A program made the position numbers and the translations under genes. A stretch of DNA of 64,000 nt from Octopus vulgaris (taxonomy: Eukaryota), in the NCBI GenBank assembly GCA_951406725.2, contig OX597831.1, positions 67,642,001 to 67,706,000 on the forward strand, read 5' to 3'. Below the pieces are notes generated by a model that was not told the DNA's origin, ran no database searches, and was given only the letters and a program-made list of their open reading frames with translations. Below, one piece after another: positions 1-13,439 of this stretch (its first letter is position 1; each line of letters opens with the position of its first letter).

Positions 1-59
1 CACTCATCGATTGTTTCTTTTTTTTTTGGGGGGGAACTTAAAGCATTCAAAGATCCCAT

Positions 60-1560
60 GAGTCTTAACTAATGCTGGCATCAAGTTTGAGCAAAATTTG
101 TCAAATTGTGTTACAAAGGATTTGCTGGTACCTCTAGCAGCATCGAGGAACAATATTCCGCCCGCCTATTTTTCAACTGCACTGACGACAGTTTCGTACA
201 CCAGCCCCTGATCAGGGAGCAATTTCGGTTCATTTACTCTCAGGTACTCCGCAAGGCCATCAGCGTAATACGACAACTCCAGAAGTAACTTTGGTGGGAG
301 TGTGTTAACGTCCTGTCGCAATGAGGTTGGCAAACCGAATGTGTTCAACGCTGCCCCCACCCATTTTGAGCAAGGCATCCTCGATTTCAATCAGCGCATT
401 GTTGTAGATCAGGTCATTGTATCCAATGTCAGCATTAGGGAACTGTTGCTTTGCCAGTCATCATTTGCCTTGACCACCGAGAAAGCAAAATTACACACAG
501 AGAATTTCATAAACAGAAATGAATGGGAAAAAATTTTAGATTAAATTTTTACTAAGAAAAAAAATCGGATTTTTTGCGTGGAATCAACTACCCTGGTATC
601 TTAATTTCACCGCCCCCCATACCAATTGATCTTTTGACCATCTATTTTTCAAGGTACGTGGAAAAATACGGAGATTAAAAATATGGAAAACATTTGTTTT
701 TAATCGCAAATTTACCATGAAAAACTCCGGTAAATTTTTAGATAACACTCATGCGATTTTCACAAAAAAAAAAACCGGATTTTTTGCATGGAATCAACTA
801 CCCTGGCCTCCTAATGTGCTACAAAACCCTTTTGTGGTCCGAGAAACGGGGTGTGGTGTGGTGGAGCCTCGGAAGTTTTACCCAATTGTATTTTGTAATT
901 TACTGACAAATTGTTAGCTACCTCTTTGATTCTATGTTGCTAAATAAATGGATCCTCAACAAAACACTTTTTTCCTTGGCGTTAAATAAAAACAAAACTC
1001 TTTCGCTCCCAAAGTAATGCATGTGTGAGAGAGAGGGGGAAAAAAGATGAACGATTTAAAATAAATAAATGATTTAAAATAAATATATTTTAACTGTTGT
1101 GTGAGAAAGCATATATAATCTGATTATAAGATATAGTTCCTTTCAAAAACATCTTAAATTTGAATACTATATCTCGTGTTTAAGAAAAAAGAGAACATTT
1201 TACATTTTTATTTTTGGTGAACGCTGTCACTTACCCTCTCTGTCTGTCTGTCTCTCTATCTCTCTCTCACACACACATACACATACATTAATACACAACT
1301 ACTCACTCCCTCACACACACACATTTTCACTTCGCTATGGCATGGAGGAACTCAACTCATGTTAGCAAACTTCAAAATTGGTAAAAGTTAAGGTTGAAAA
1401 TCGATTTTTACTGCTACCCGTGGGTACCTCGGGAAAAATAATTTGACGAATAGACAGCTAGGTTCGTGACGAAGGTCCTCCTAAAATTGGAGCGACATGC
1501 ATGCTAATTTGTGGACGTGCATAAATTACATTCACGTACACATCCTGCTTTTATATACAC

Positions 1561-1563
<3 letters not shown>
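60..1563 (-). mobile_element. Helitron, 5' portion, internally deleted, with decayed Rep/Hel fragment
   Basis: Minus strand 470->110 reads NNALIEIEDALL..LNTFGLPTS..LLPDQGLVYETVVSAVEK*AGGILFLDAARGTSKSF, resembling the Helitron PIF1 helicase motif I (FFLDAPGGTGKTF) and its upstream region. Minus-strand start TCTGTGTATATAAAAG at ~1563 matches a typical Helitron 5' end. A ~40-bp direct repeat lies at 558-597 and 768-806. Confidence 0.75.
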
Positions 1564-1658
<95 letters not shown>

Positions 1659-1710
1659 GTGTGTGTATATGTATGTATATGTATGTATGTATAGCTGAAA
1701 TTTATAGTCA

Positions 1711-1860
1711 GACAAAAGACGAAGACAGGTGTATGAACAACAAGCAAGTGTATCTGTTTAACGCTCGGGAAAAGTGAAAAAGTCTTTTAGGGTTCGACCC
1801 TACGCTCTTCAACAAAAAGGAATAAGAGAAAATAAACAGAGAGAGAATAAACAAAACTTG
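1711..1860 (-). mobile_element. PLE-type terminal repeat fragment (family with A6U hammerhead), degenerate
   Basis: Homologous to 17506-17650, 25870-26020 and 36644-36800 (acaaaagacgaag..aacgctcgggaa..aaagtctttt..cctacgctcttc). Confidence 0.55.
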
Positions 1861-2564
1861 AGGATTTTAGCAGTTCAGCACATATAAACATATTTACTCG
1901 ACTGGTTTCCTCACATATTCCGACTATCAAATTTGCTTCAGCCTGACCAGCTTGATGCTTCAGTAGACGACACATGACTCAAGACGCTAAATAGTAGGAT
2001 TGAAGCTGAAACCACGTGGTTGCATTTCAAATTAAGCACATAGGTACGTACTTGCAACCCAGTACAAATCTCTTCAAAGGCAGTGAGCCTGCAAGGAATT
2101 TTTTTATATCTGCTATTAATTACTGCCTGATCTAGCAGCGCTAAACTATGATTGGTTCTTTCATATTCAATCAGGGATTTTTAACCAAGCGATATATAAA
2201 ACATCAGAATTATTTGCAATTAAAAAAAGAGAGCGATAGAGAACAGATAGCCAAAAATAGAGATGATAAAACACTATGAAATATCTTTTGTGGAGCTTTT
2301 TGCTAGAAGGAAACAGTAATGTTTAAAAGGATAAAAGTATACATATCTATATTTAAGAAATATTGGGAAACGTGACTCTTGCCATTGTTCTGTATTTTAC
2401 ACTTGATAAAAAAAACAACTTATGTGTTATATGAATTTGTTTTTTCACTCTCATTCTTGCTCACTCTACCTGTTTCTCTCTCTCTCACTCTCTCACACTC
2501 TCTCTTCATATATATATATATATATATATGTTATATTTTCCGTGTCTTTTTATTTAATCCTGAA

Positions 2565-2634
<70 letters not shown>

Positions 2635-4090
2635 TCACACAGAGTGAGAGATTAGGAAGAGAAAGAAAGACAGGGAGAAATAATAATACGCTTGCATTTG
2701 CATGTAGGCTTCCATATATGTGGACGCGCATGCTATACCCTTCTATGTCTTCAGTATTTGTATTTGAGAAATTTTCTTTCGCAATCATCCTTTAGCAGCT
2801 TAAATGTAACTGTCATTCTGCGTAAAGTCTTCGGTGGTTAATGATGCACCATGAAGTTGAAATAGTCCTGATTTCCATGGCTGTCTATACATATGATCCA
2901 TAGCTGGCTGAAACCGATTAGTGTTGCTCGTTATATAAATGAATATTTACGTAACTTAAATGCTGTAATCACGTGTTTTTCGTAGAACACCATTATAATT
3001 ATCGCCCTTCTACACTGTTTACTTGATGAATGCATCACGTCTTTGGTGACTATCACGGCTATATGTTTATTTTCATGTATGTTCATGTTTAATTACTGAG
3101 AACTTATTGATTACGGACTTTAAAAATGTTGATCTTTTGAATAGCTTGAAGTCCTTTACAGATCTGAGCTATCAGAAAAAAGCCCATTGAAATATTGTGT
3201 CTCATCTGAAGCTTTGATGGGATTTTCTCTCCTGTTAGAACTGCGACTTCTACAACGATGACCAGAACTACTTGCAATGAAGTCTCAGAAGGCATCTCAC
3301 TACAGTCGCTAGTTCACAAGTGGATTGATTTGTCTTCCTAACTCAGAAACTACAACTACTAATACTACTTCTTCCAATTTGCGTGAATTTGACTCTCTTT
3401 CCCCGATGAACTTGTAAAAATAGAGAATGCACGTTTCATCTAATGAATCTGTTAGAAGAGATGAAAATTATGTTCCTTGGGAAAGATTCCTAAAGAGAAG
3501 AGAAGAAAAAGTTTGAATGAGAGAATTCAGCTTTGATGATATTTAATCACGTTGTGTTGTTATCTAAACGCTACGGTTGCAGTCATTACGTCCTTTTTAG
3601 ACACAGTGTGCCTTTCGTCGTCGAATTGTTAAGACAATAGAGCATGATGTGATGGACGTATTGTTACTATCTCTTGAACGAAGAGTGACCTCGTACAGAA
3701 TTCCTCACTGGTTTAATATTAGCTTGCAGATAAAGGTTATGAAACTGAATTGTAACTTTTGGTGTAGTTTCCGGCGGCGTGCGCAGATCTTTGTCAAATT
3801 GAATTTAATTGAAGAAATGAAGGCTAAGCAACGACTATCAGGATATATCTGTGTACATTTATATTTAGCGTTGTCGCAACTGTTTTTGTAGAGATTATAC
3901 GCATAGACATTGTACGTGAGGAACACAGCACGCTGGGAAACAAATGAGGTGACCGGATGGTAAGACACATGCTTTGTGTTGCTAAAAGTTATCAGATATA
4001 CACACCCAGTCTTTGTGAACTGCTGTTCTTATACAAAACAGAGAGTAAGTAATAAATTTGGTAGCGTGCGCAATGATTAGTCAAGCTGGA

Positions 4091-4132
<42 letters not shown>

Positions 4133-4581
4133 ACACACTCTCACAAATATATATATATATATATACATGCATACACATGCACGCATATATTTTCATACGT
4201 ATGCATGCATATGCAGACATCTATGTGTATGCAATGATGATGATGATGATGATGATGAAGAAACAAGCAGCTGTAATGGAGAGCACGCACCGTAAAAATG
4301 CTAAGAAGAATAGCATCAACAATAACAACAATTATAAATGAAGTAATGATAAAGAGCAACAATGCTGGTAATAACGAATACCAATAGTCGTACGGAACAC
4401 ACGTGCATATGTACATAATCCAATACGCACATGTATATACTCCCATATCCTTGAACACTCGATTACATAAATACAACTCCGACAGCATGCAAGCATGCTT
4501 TTAGAGTTGCATTTACACTCACCCACATCCACATTAACCCATATACATGTACACACACACACACACACATATATATACATA

Positions 4582-4631
<50 letters not shown>

Positions 4632-4648
4632 CATATATACATATATAA

Positions 4649-4709
<61 letters not shown>

Positions 4710-4727
4710 CATATATATATATACATA

Positions 4728-4872
<145 letters not shown>

Positions 4873-4924
4873 AAAATAAGACAAGGTAGAAAATGCTAAA
4901 ATAATTTTTTCATGAAAACATTTT

Positions 4925-4958
4925 GGTACCGGTTTCAGACTTTGCGACTTTTTCAACC
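4925..4958 (-). ncRNA. Minimal hammerhead ribozyme, U3:A8 core variant
   Basis: Minus: GG-TTGAAAA-AGTC-GCAAA-GTCT-GAAA-CCGG-TA-CC. Confidence 0.65.
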
Positions 4959-5436
4959 TTAGGATAAAGCATGAAAAGCAATTAAATTGTGGAAAAATTT
5001 AATGAAGTGTTTTTTAAAAATATTTCCGTAGTTTTTAAATGCAAGAGACACAACAGACATTTTTTTTTTCTACCTGTCTGCTTCTCATTTTTACTCTTGT
5101 GAGGGCTTGGTAGCAGTAGACGGTCTTAGCAGTCCTAAAATTTGATATGAGTTCTTGGTTTTGACTGTTTAAGCAGCAGTAGCAGCTGAGGAAAAAGGCG
5201 CCTCCTTCGTCAGCTACTACTGCTGCTTAAACAATCAAAAACCAAGAACTTATATCAAATATTAGGACTGCTACTACCTCCCACCTGCTACCAAACCCTC
5301 ACGGGAGTAATAAAGAGTGGAAAAGACAGACAGAAAAAAGGAAAATATCCCTTGCATTTGAAAATTATGGAAATATTTTTAAAAAACATTTCATCTAATT
5401 TTTCCACAATTTAATTGCTTTTCATGCTTTACTCCA

Positions 5437-5470
5437 AGTTGAAAAGGCCGCAAAGGCTGAAACCGGTACT
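5437..5470 (+). ncRNA. Minimal hammerhead ribozyme, U3:A8 core variant
   Basis: AG-TTGAAAA-GGCC-GCAAA-GGCT-GAAA-CCGG-TA-CT. Palindromic stem III (ACCGGT); GUA cleavage triplet. Confidence 0.7.
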
Positions 5471-5589
5471 AAAATGTTTTCATGACAAAATTATTTTAGC
5501 ATTTTCTACCTTGTCTTATTTTCCTTATACATATCAACTCGTGTGTTCCTTTTCAACCTTCTACATACATACATACATACATACATACA

Positions 5590-5736
<147 letters not shown>

Positions 5737-5771
5737 ATATATATATATATATATATGTATATACATTATAT

Positions 5772-5960
5772 GTGTGTGTCCGTGTTTGTCCCCCACCATC
5801 TCTCGACAACCGACGTTGGTGTGTTTATGCCCCGAAGCTTAGCGGTTCGGCAAAAGAGACCGATAAAATAAGTACTAGGCTTACAAACAATAAGTTCTGG
5901 GATTGACTTGTTGGAATAAAGGCAGGGCTCCAGCATGGCCGCAGTCAAATGACTGAAATG
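5772..5960 (+). mobile_element. SINE family A, 3' half
   Basis: Matches the 3' half of full copies at 7538 and 49487 (cttagcggttcggcaaaagagaccgata..ccagcatggccgcagtcaaatgactgaaa). Confidence 0.85.
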
Positions 5961-6153
5961 TGGAAATATTAAAAAAAAAAAAATAAATATAAATTAATAA
6001 TTTTAAATTTAAATAATTTAAATTTTAAATTTAATATTTTGAAAATTATATTAATTATTTCTATTTTTATATTTTGGTTTATGTTTTTCACTGTTTGAGT
6101 TGCCTAATAGTGGTTTTATCTCTAATTTATATATATATATATATATATATATA

Positions 6154-6436
6154 TCACCGTGATCACCGTGACCGACCAGGCTACACATCGCTGGTCACAA
6201 TGCGCTTCGCATTGTTTTAGCCTTCAAATGACGCCGCTCCGCTGGCTAAGCGAGCAGGCCAACAGAAGAAAGTGTGAGAGAAAGTTGTGGCGAAAGAGTA
6301 CAGCAGGTATCGCCACCACTCCTTGCTGGAGCCTCGTGGAGCTTTTAGGTGTTTTCGCTCAAACACTCACAACGCCCGGTCTGAGAATCGAAACCGCGAG
6401 TCCGCTGCCCTAACCACTGGGCCATTGTGCCTCCAC
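6154..6436 (-). mobile_element. tRNA-derived SINE family C with RTE-like 3' tail
   Basis: Head tgtggaggcacaatggcccagtggttagggcagcggactcgcgg is shared with 20273. The tail ends ggtcacggtgatcacggtgat, similar to the RTE 3' end at 28030-28090. Confidence 0.8.
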
Positions 6437-6480
6437 ACACACACACACACATATATATATAAATACATATATATATATAC

Positions 6481-6510
<30 letters not shown>

Positions 6511-6516
<6 letters not shown>

Positions 6517-7004
6517 TATTATACTCACTACAGAAGTACGTTGTGCTGGAGTCGATGAAAGCTAGCCCACAGAATATCTTAAAAAGGTCGTTATTTCTAT
6601 ATTGAATCAATTTCGGAATTAATCTCATAATGGATTTTTCCTCTTCAATAGAAAATACGAATAGAAATAAATGAAATACTTACATGCGTCCATGGAAAAA
6701 AAGCCGAAGCAAAAGTCATGTGTACCCCAGATATATCTAAATATAAAATCCTTTCGTTAGCCTCAGCACACGTGTGAACTGTTCTCCACCACAGCTTATA
6801 GTGGTTACCAGTCCCTATAGCGAATAGTAATAAATCTACTAGTAATATAGGATGAAGTTTTTTTACAGAAAAAATTCATCAAAAAGTGGCAGCATATTAA
6901 AATACCTTTAAAGGTTAAAATTATAAACACCTTATAAACAAGGGCAAAAGAAAATTATTTTTATGCCAATTTGCCAATATTCTGTAGTGAGTATAATAAT
7001 ATGT
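6511..7004. repeat. Element bounded by a perfect 25-bp inverted repeat
   Basis: acatattattatactcactacagaa (6511-6535) / ttctgtagtgagtataataatatgt (6980-7004). The interior is similar, in opposite orientation, to ~16450-16830. Confidence 0.6.
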
Positions 7005-7288
7005 GGAAATTGACGATTTAAAAGTCTGTTATCAGCATATTGGCATAGAAATAATTTTCTAGAACAAGTATGTCTTGTACTCTGTTTATTCGTTGTTAAA
7101 AAAAGTCCGGTTCCTTGTTTTGCTTTTATGTTTTCGTTTCTCGTTGTGTTCTACGTTTTTTGTGGTGTCCTGTACCCATATATGCATGTATATATACATA
7201 TAGATGTAGGTGGATGTATGTATGCATATGTTTTATTTATTAAATTGTTATTATATGACTGAACGCCACGCGTCTTCTGACAAGTAAG

Positions 7289-7356
<68 letters not shown>

Positions 7357-7537
7357 ACAAATGACCGAAATAGTTTGATGAAATTTTATTTAACAGTAAG
7401 AAAATTCTAATTTCATGAAATATTATTTCATAACTTAGAAATATGTAAATAATATATTATTATATTTAATAATAAATAAATTACCTACATGCTTGCATTA
7501 ATGCAAAATGCAAAAAATCCTTCAAAATACATACATA

Positions 7538-7714
7538 GGCGCAGGAGTGGCTGTGTGGTAAGTAGCTTGCTAACCAATCACATGGTTCCAGGTTCAGTCC
7601 CACTGCGGGGCACCTTGGGCAAGTGTCTTCTACTATAACCTCGATCCGACCAAAGCCTTGTGGGTGGATTTGGTAGACGGAAACTGAAAGAAGCCCGTCG
7701 TATATATGTATATA

Positions 7715-7760
<46 letters not shown>

Positions 7761-7995
7761 TATATAATATGCATACATATATATATATTCATAAACATAT
7801 ATATATATATGTGTGTGTGTGTTCGATGCTGGTGTGTATACGTCCCCGTAACTTAGCGGTTCGGCATAAGAGACCGATAGAATAAGTACTAGGCTTACAA
7901 AGAATAAGTCCTGGGATTGATTTGCTTCTCGACTAAAGGCGGTGTTCCAGCATGGCCGCAATCAAAATGACTGAAACGAATAAAAAAATAAAAGA
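7538..7995 (+). mobile_element. tRNA-derived SINE family A, near full length
   Basis: A-box-like tggctgtgtgg and B-box-like ggttcagtccc, internal (TA)n/(TG)n, conserved tail; more than 10 related copies in the window. Confidence 0.9.
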
Positions 7996-8084
7996 ATATA
8001 TGTTAGTAGAAAGCTCCGTGATGATAGTAACATCGATCATCAAAGCAGTTTACCATGCATTATTACCTTCCACTTTGAAAGGTA

Positions 8085-8960
8085 TGTGTTTACAATCCAG
8101 GAAGAGGAAATATCAAGTACCTGATGCACAAAAGGGACAGAGATGTGGGAAAAGCTGTAAAAGGTGACAACCAATACAGACTTTGTGGAGTTCACACTGA
8201 AGATCTGACCCACATCATAAGCAGTTATCTGAAAATGTCATCACGGTATTATCTACCGATAAGATATGACATTGTAGCTAGGACACTCTATAAGGAAATC
8301 CGTCGGAAGGATAATCCTGAGGACAAAGAAATAAAAACCCACAATGTGGTAGAAGCCATAGCCACTCATAATAAAAAGGAATACTGGTGGAATGTCCCAG
8401 TGAAGACCTAAATAAAATGTAAGTACAACAGACCTCATAGTATGATTTGGGATAGAGAAGAGAAACTGTGCACAGTTGTGGAAATTAGCTGCCCAGCGGA
8501 TGTTAACATAAAGCTGAAGATCAGTGAAAAAGAGAATTCCTATGCTGAACTATTGAGAAATCTGCAGTTACTCTATCCAGATTACAAGTTCAGGTTTATA
8601 TCTGTAATTACTGGGGCCCTGGTGTATGTAACATACTATCTAAATACCAATCTTGAGAAATTAGGCTTCTCAAAACCAGAAAGGAGAAAGCTAATCGAAG
8701 ACTACAGATCCAATCCATCACTGGAATTGTAAAAACCTGTAAAACTTTCCAGAAGTTTATCATTTAAAAATATATGAGCATGTCTACATATGCAACTATA
8801 TGTATGAGGATACATACATAAAACATACATACATACGTATATACAAGCAAAAATACCCTGTTGTTGATGTTGAAATTCCAGTGAAGGAGCCTTGAATCTA
8901 GGTTAGAAACAGGTTCTTTCTCTATTGGCAAGAAATCTTGAAATAAACTGAATAACACAT
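8085..8960 (+). mobile_element. R4/Dong-like non-LTR retrotransposon 3' fragment (Zn knuckle + restriction-like endonuclease), decayed
   Basis: YRLCGVHTEDLTHIISS..RYDIVAR..WWNVPVKT..NRP..IWDREEKLCTVVEISCP..KENSYAEL fits the CCHC + PD..D/E-x-K RLE domain. Stops and frameshifts are present; homologous to 43860-44660. Confidence 0.8.
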
Positions 8961-9059
8961 ACATACATACATACATACATATATACATACATACATACAT
9001 ACATACATACATACATACATACATACATACATACATACATACATACATACATACATACA

Positions 9060-9300
9060 AGCAGTCTTCTTGCGATGATGGGACCCCAATTGTCTTTTCT
9101 CTGTTGGCAGGGGAAAACTATACCTGACAGGTGGAAACACTTCAATATTGTCACAGTCTACAAGCGCAAGGGAGATCGTGCAGAGTGCAGCAACAGCAGA
9201 GGAATGTCTTTTGTGGATAACGCCGAGTAAGACCCTCTCACGTATCTTCCGACGTCTTCTACTCCATGTCGTCAACCTGGTTATGCATGAGTCGCAGGGT
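9060..9300 (+). mobile_element. RTE-clade LINE fragment (RT N-terminal)
   Basis: IVTVYKRKGDRAECSNSRGMS..KTLSRIFRRL. Confidence 0.7.
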
Positions 9301-9309
9301 AGTATGTTT

Positions 9310-9605
9310 TTATTGTTTACTTGTTTCAGTCATTAAACTGCGGCCATGCCGGGCACCACCTTGAAGAATTGTTAGTCGAATGAATAAATCCCAGTATAAT
9401 TTTTAAACCTGATACTTGCACACCAACACCGGTTGTCAAGCAGTGGTGAAGGACAAACACACAAACACAGACACCCCTCCCCCCCACACACGACGGTTTT
9501 TTTTCAGTTTCCGTCTACCAAATCCACTCACAAGGGTCTGGTCGGCTCGAGGCTATAGTAGAAGATACATGCCGAAGATACCACACAGTGGGACTGAAAC
9601 CTGAA
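9310..9605 (-). mobile_element. SINE family A, degenerate
   Basis: Reverse complement of the family A body and tail. Confidence 0.8.
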
Positions 9606-10188
9606 CAGTTGGGTTTTGTATAGTATAAGCATTTCGTATACATATTAATGCGACCGATAAATTGCTTCGAATGACAGACCAGTCCATCTGATGTTGGTAG
9701 CATGTCCCTGTTATTCAACGAATTGCACAGATTTCGTTTCCTATTATGGCCGATTATTTTTGAAACTACGTTATATCGGATATTTGAAATTCTGATGTGA
9801 TGTTACTCGAACTTTAAAAGAGATATTGAAGCTTTTGCTGCTAAAAGAGTCTGAGTGGAGCAACACAATTTGCTATATTTGATCTGTTCCCTTTCAATAT
9901 GTTAGGTTTCAAAGTATGAAAACTAATTTGTCATTATGCGTAAAGAACTGGGACATCTACTGCTAATAATAATTTGTACTAGGTTCCCGATCACTTTTGG
10001 AGTTGGGTAGATAATTACAACTTTCAAATTATGATTTTGTCTAAAAGAGTCAGTGACTGCAAGTAAAACACTGTCATAGAAAAAGCTTTGGAGGGATAAC
10101 AGAAAGAATTGATTGGGTCATAATCAAACCTGTAGTTATGCCAGAGTTGATAAAGCGTGAGTCAGAGTTGAAAGAGTGAGTGAGTGAA

Positions 10189-10221
<33 letters not shown>

Positions 10222-11200
10222 GAGAAGGAAAGAAATAGGGAGGGAGAGAGAATTTCTTCATCATATGTTGTAGTGGTGTGATCTTATATGAAACTTCCGG
10301 TCGAGACATACAATTCAGCTAAGAGATTTGCATGTCAAGCACAATCGGATGCACTGCTGATGTTAAGAGCAACAATAGCTCTTTTGCCATACTTCTCAAG
10401 AGCGAGGTCCCACTGGCGAGTGACATATGAATGCAGTCATCTAGAAGATCTGGCTTCACTGTAGCTGTACTGGTTTTCATTCATAAAGGTGAGGGTTCAA
10501 GGAGTTTGTGAAGGTGTTTTGTGAATTAAATTTTACGAGAAAAATATAAATCGATACTTCTCAAAGTCAGTATGGCCGAGTAAATCTTAAAAGCGAAGCT
10601 CAGGTACAGCCGCAGTCAAATGGGTGAAGCCAGTGGAAGAATAACAAGATATGCGTAGAGAGATTGCAGCTACATGGCAGAACCGGTATTTATAACTAAG
10701 AGTCATGATGCATCAGCATATGTCCATATCATTGTATGTTGCCAGAAAATAATTTCGCATTGATGGAGATATACCGAAATTTCCTTGAGATAATGAGAAC
10801 ACGGCTATTCAGCATTCTCGCAACAAAACTCAAAGTCAGAACAGTTGGTATGAATGGCACAGTCATCAATATTACAATGAGAAAACTTATGTTTGAGACA
10901 CAAAATGAAACTGCTTTGTCTGATGCAAAAATGAAAACTGCATCAAATTCTATAATCCAGCGAATTTTTCAGCAATAAATCAAGACTACAGCAATATTGG
11001 TGGTGCTGACACAGTATAACCACATCTACAAGTTCACATTAACGAGCGAAGTGCAAGAATACATATATGCGAACAGAGATTGATAGATAGATAAATCAAC
11101 AGATGTATGGATATATATTTAAAAAGATACCTACATATAGGTTATCCGTATTTTCAAGCGTGTGATTATTTCAGCACATACCAATATGAATTAGATACTA

Positions 11201-11746
11201 TTGGGTCGTCCGGAAAGTTCGTACCGATTTATAGTAGCTTACCTTTCAACTTATTTTAGAACATGGCTGAGTCCATAAAATAGGATTTGACTACACCTCC
11301 ATTTAGAGCACAGTTTAAGCTACCTTTTCGTGGAAGAAGGTTTATGTTCCTATAACCTGTGTTAATTCTGTAACCCTTTAAAATGGAAAGTAAGAAAGTT
11401 CATTTTCACTTGATGCTTTGTGAACCAGACAAAAATTGCTGCAGCTCGGCTGGGATGTGTTACCCCCAACCTCCATACTCACCAGATATTGGTCTCTGCA
11501 GAATAGTCTTAATGGTAAAAATTTCAATTCCTTGGATGACGTAAAAAGACACATTGATGAATTGTTTGCTATGAAACCATCTCAATTCTGGGAAGAGGGT
11601 ATTTTCAAGCTAAAGGAAAGATGGAGATGCATTGTGCAACAAAATGGTTCATATTTGGTTGATTAAAAATGTAATGGCATGTATTTATTGACCTTTAAAA
11701 ATTTATTGACCTTTAAAAATCGGCACGAAATTTCCGGACAACCCAA
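11201..11746 (+). mobile_element. mariner deletion derivative with intact TIRs
   Basis: 30-bp TIRs (27/30) ttgggtcgtccggaaagttcgtaccgattt / aaatcggcacgaaatttccggacaacccaa, with TA on both sides. Internal LGWDVLP..SLQNSLNGKNF..FWEEGIFKLKERWRCIVQQNGSY is a mariner transposase C-terminus. Confidence 0.92.
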
Positions 11747-12160
11747 TAGATATGAAACCGGTCTAATAAACATTCATAAATACTCATGCACGAACAAGTA
11801 TGAATGTGCGTGTATGTATGTAGCACCCTGCGTCACTTTAGTGACGAATATACTTATGTGTGGGCTACCTCATATCGAATTGATATGGCACATCACATCA
11901 GCCTGTTACATATATATGTATATGTGTGTGTGTGTGTGTGTGTGTGCGTGCGTCTGCGTGCATGCATATATATGTGTACATATGTATGTCTGCACAAGCG
12001 TATGCATGTACCTGTGTGTGTGTGCGTCTGCGTGCATGCATATATATGTGTATATCTGCACAGGCGTATGCATGTACCTATATGTGTGTGTGTTTGTGTT
12101 TATGCATGTATGTGTGCGTATATCTATATTAACTGTACGTACACATGCACGCATGCATAT

Positions 12161-12260
12161 CTTTTGATAATATAGTTAAGGGTATCTCCATTCGAATATC
12201 TGACATCTCATCCACTGGAGAAATATTCGATAACCACGCTCCATATTACAACAGGCACCA
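12161..12260 (+). mobile_element. PLE fragment, same family as 19092-21400
   Basis: ttttgataatatagttaagggtat..attcgaatatctga..tctcatc is near-identical to 19723-19775. Confidence 0.7.
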
Positions 12261-12511
12261 AAATTCTACATTGAGAGAAGAAAGAGATGGACGCTTCAAT
12301 TCTATGCTGTTGCCGCATTGTGTCGTACGCGAATGAGAGGATTTGCATCCCCAACCAAGAATATTTGATGTAACACATGTCCTTGTGGAAGCTGTTGTGC
12401 GCGGCTGAAGAAGGCCACAGACATACATTATGCATTGTTATAAATCTGTCTAATAAAGGCCCGAAACATATGTACCGCTGAATCCTTGGCATCATGTTTT
12501 TATTTTGATCA

Positions 12512-12545
<34 letters not shown>

Positions 12546-12560
12546 ATATATATATATATA

Positions 12561-12640
12561 TGACGGGCTTCTTTCAGTTTCCGTCTATAAAATCCACTCA
12601 CGAGGCTTTGGTCGGCCCGAGTATATCGTAGAAGACATTC
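12561..12640 (-). mobile_element. SINE family A fragment
   Basis: gacgggcttctttcagtttccgtcta..aatccactcac..ggctttggtcggcccgag. Confidence 0.8.
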
Positions 12641-13142
12641 TTTAAAGTATAGAGTTGAATTTCGTGTAGCCACCTGTTGGCAACTTTTCTCACCCACCCA
12701 TTTTGTTGGGGTATCACCCATTTTCTGGGCTCTTTTCACAGCTATACCCCGTTCGAAATTTGCATTAGTTTTCTTATGAAAAAAAAAGAGGAGAGTGGGG
12801 CTGCTATGTAGTTTGCAGAGGTAACGTTAAACGTGCCTGAAAACAAAACATGGTCTTTCCCCAACTAAAGACATGAAGAACTATGAAACATGGCGAATAA
12901 GTACCAGGAGTGGAGGAAAGGAAAGAGAACTAACAGTCGATCGTTCTATAACTTCCGGAATGAAAACACCTGTAAGACTTCCCCTCTATTCATTACTAAA
13001 TGTCTTTCCCTCTTCTTCATTGTTAAAAATAAAGAAGCTAGAAAAGACCGATCGTATTTCAGTCTAATTGTCATTTCAAATGACTGAGGCATTCCTTTCT
13101 CTGTCGCCATCGCCTCATTCCTTTTCTCTACAGATGAGAGTG

Positions 13143-13439
13143 AAGGTGCGTGGCTGATCGTAAAGTCATGAGTACGATTCTCAGCGGCGCAAGGTATAAT
13201 ACTTGAGCAAGGTATAATATTTCACCTTGCTGCAGTCTACTCAGCTGGCAAAAATGAGTTGTAGCTGAAATTCAGAGAGGCCATCCTTGTCACATTGTAT
13301 GAGGCTGAATCTCCCTGAGAACTACGTTATGGTATACATTTCTGTGGTGTACTCAGCCACTTGAGTGTTAATTTTACGAGCAGACTGTTCCGTTGGTAAG
13401 ATAAACAGGAACCTCGTCATCATAGCCAACAGAGTGCCA
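13143..13439 (+). mobile_element. Old SINE family D (partial second copy at 13757-13905)
   Basis: Degenerate tRNA-like head, then ttgctgcagtctactcagctggcaaaaatgag..ctgaatctccctgagaactacgtta..tactcagccacttg..gttaattt, which recurs at 13757-13905. Confidence 0.6.

Noticed and set aside
7538-7610. tRNA-like sequences at SINE heads
   Set aside because: They have A/B boxes but are fused to SINE bodies and multi-copy; they are not tRNA genes.
8875-8920. Hairpin followed by GAAACAGGTT downstream of the R4-like fragment
   Set aside because: The 5' core does not fit a hammerhead, and only one copy is available.
9680-9980. Possible MULE transposase relic (DYFETT..IG-like)
   Set aside because: Too degraded; the motifs need several frameshifts.
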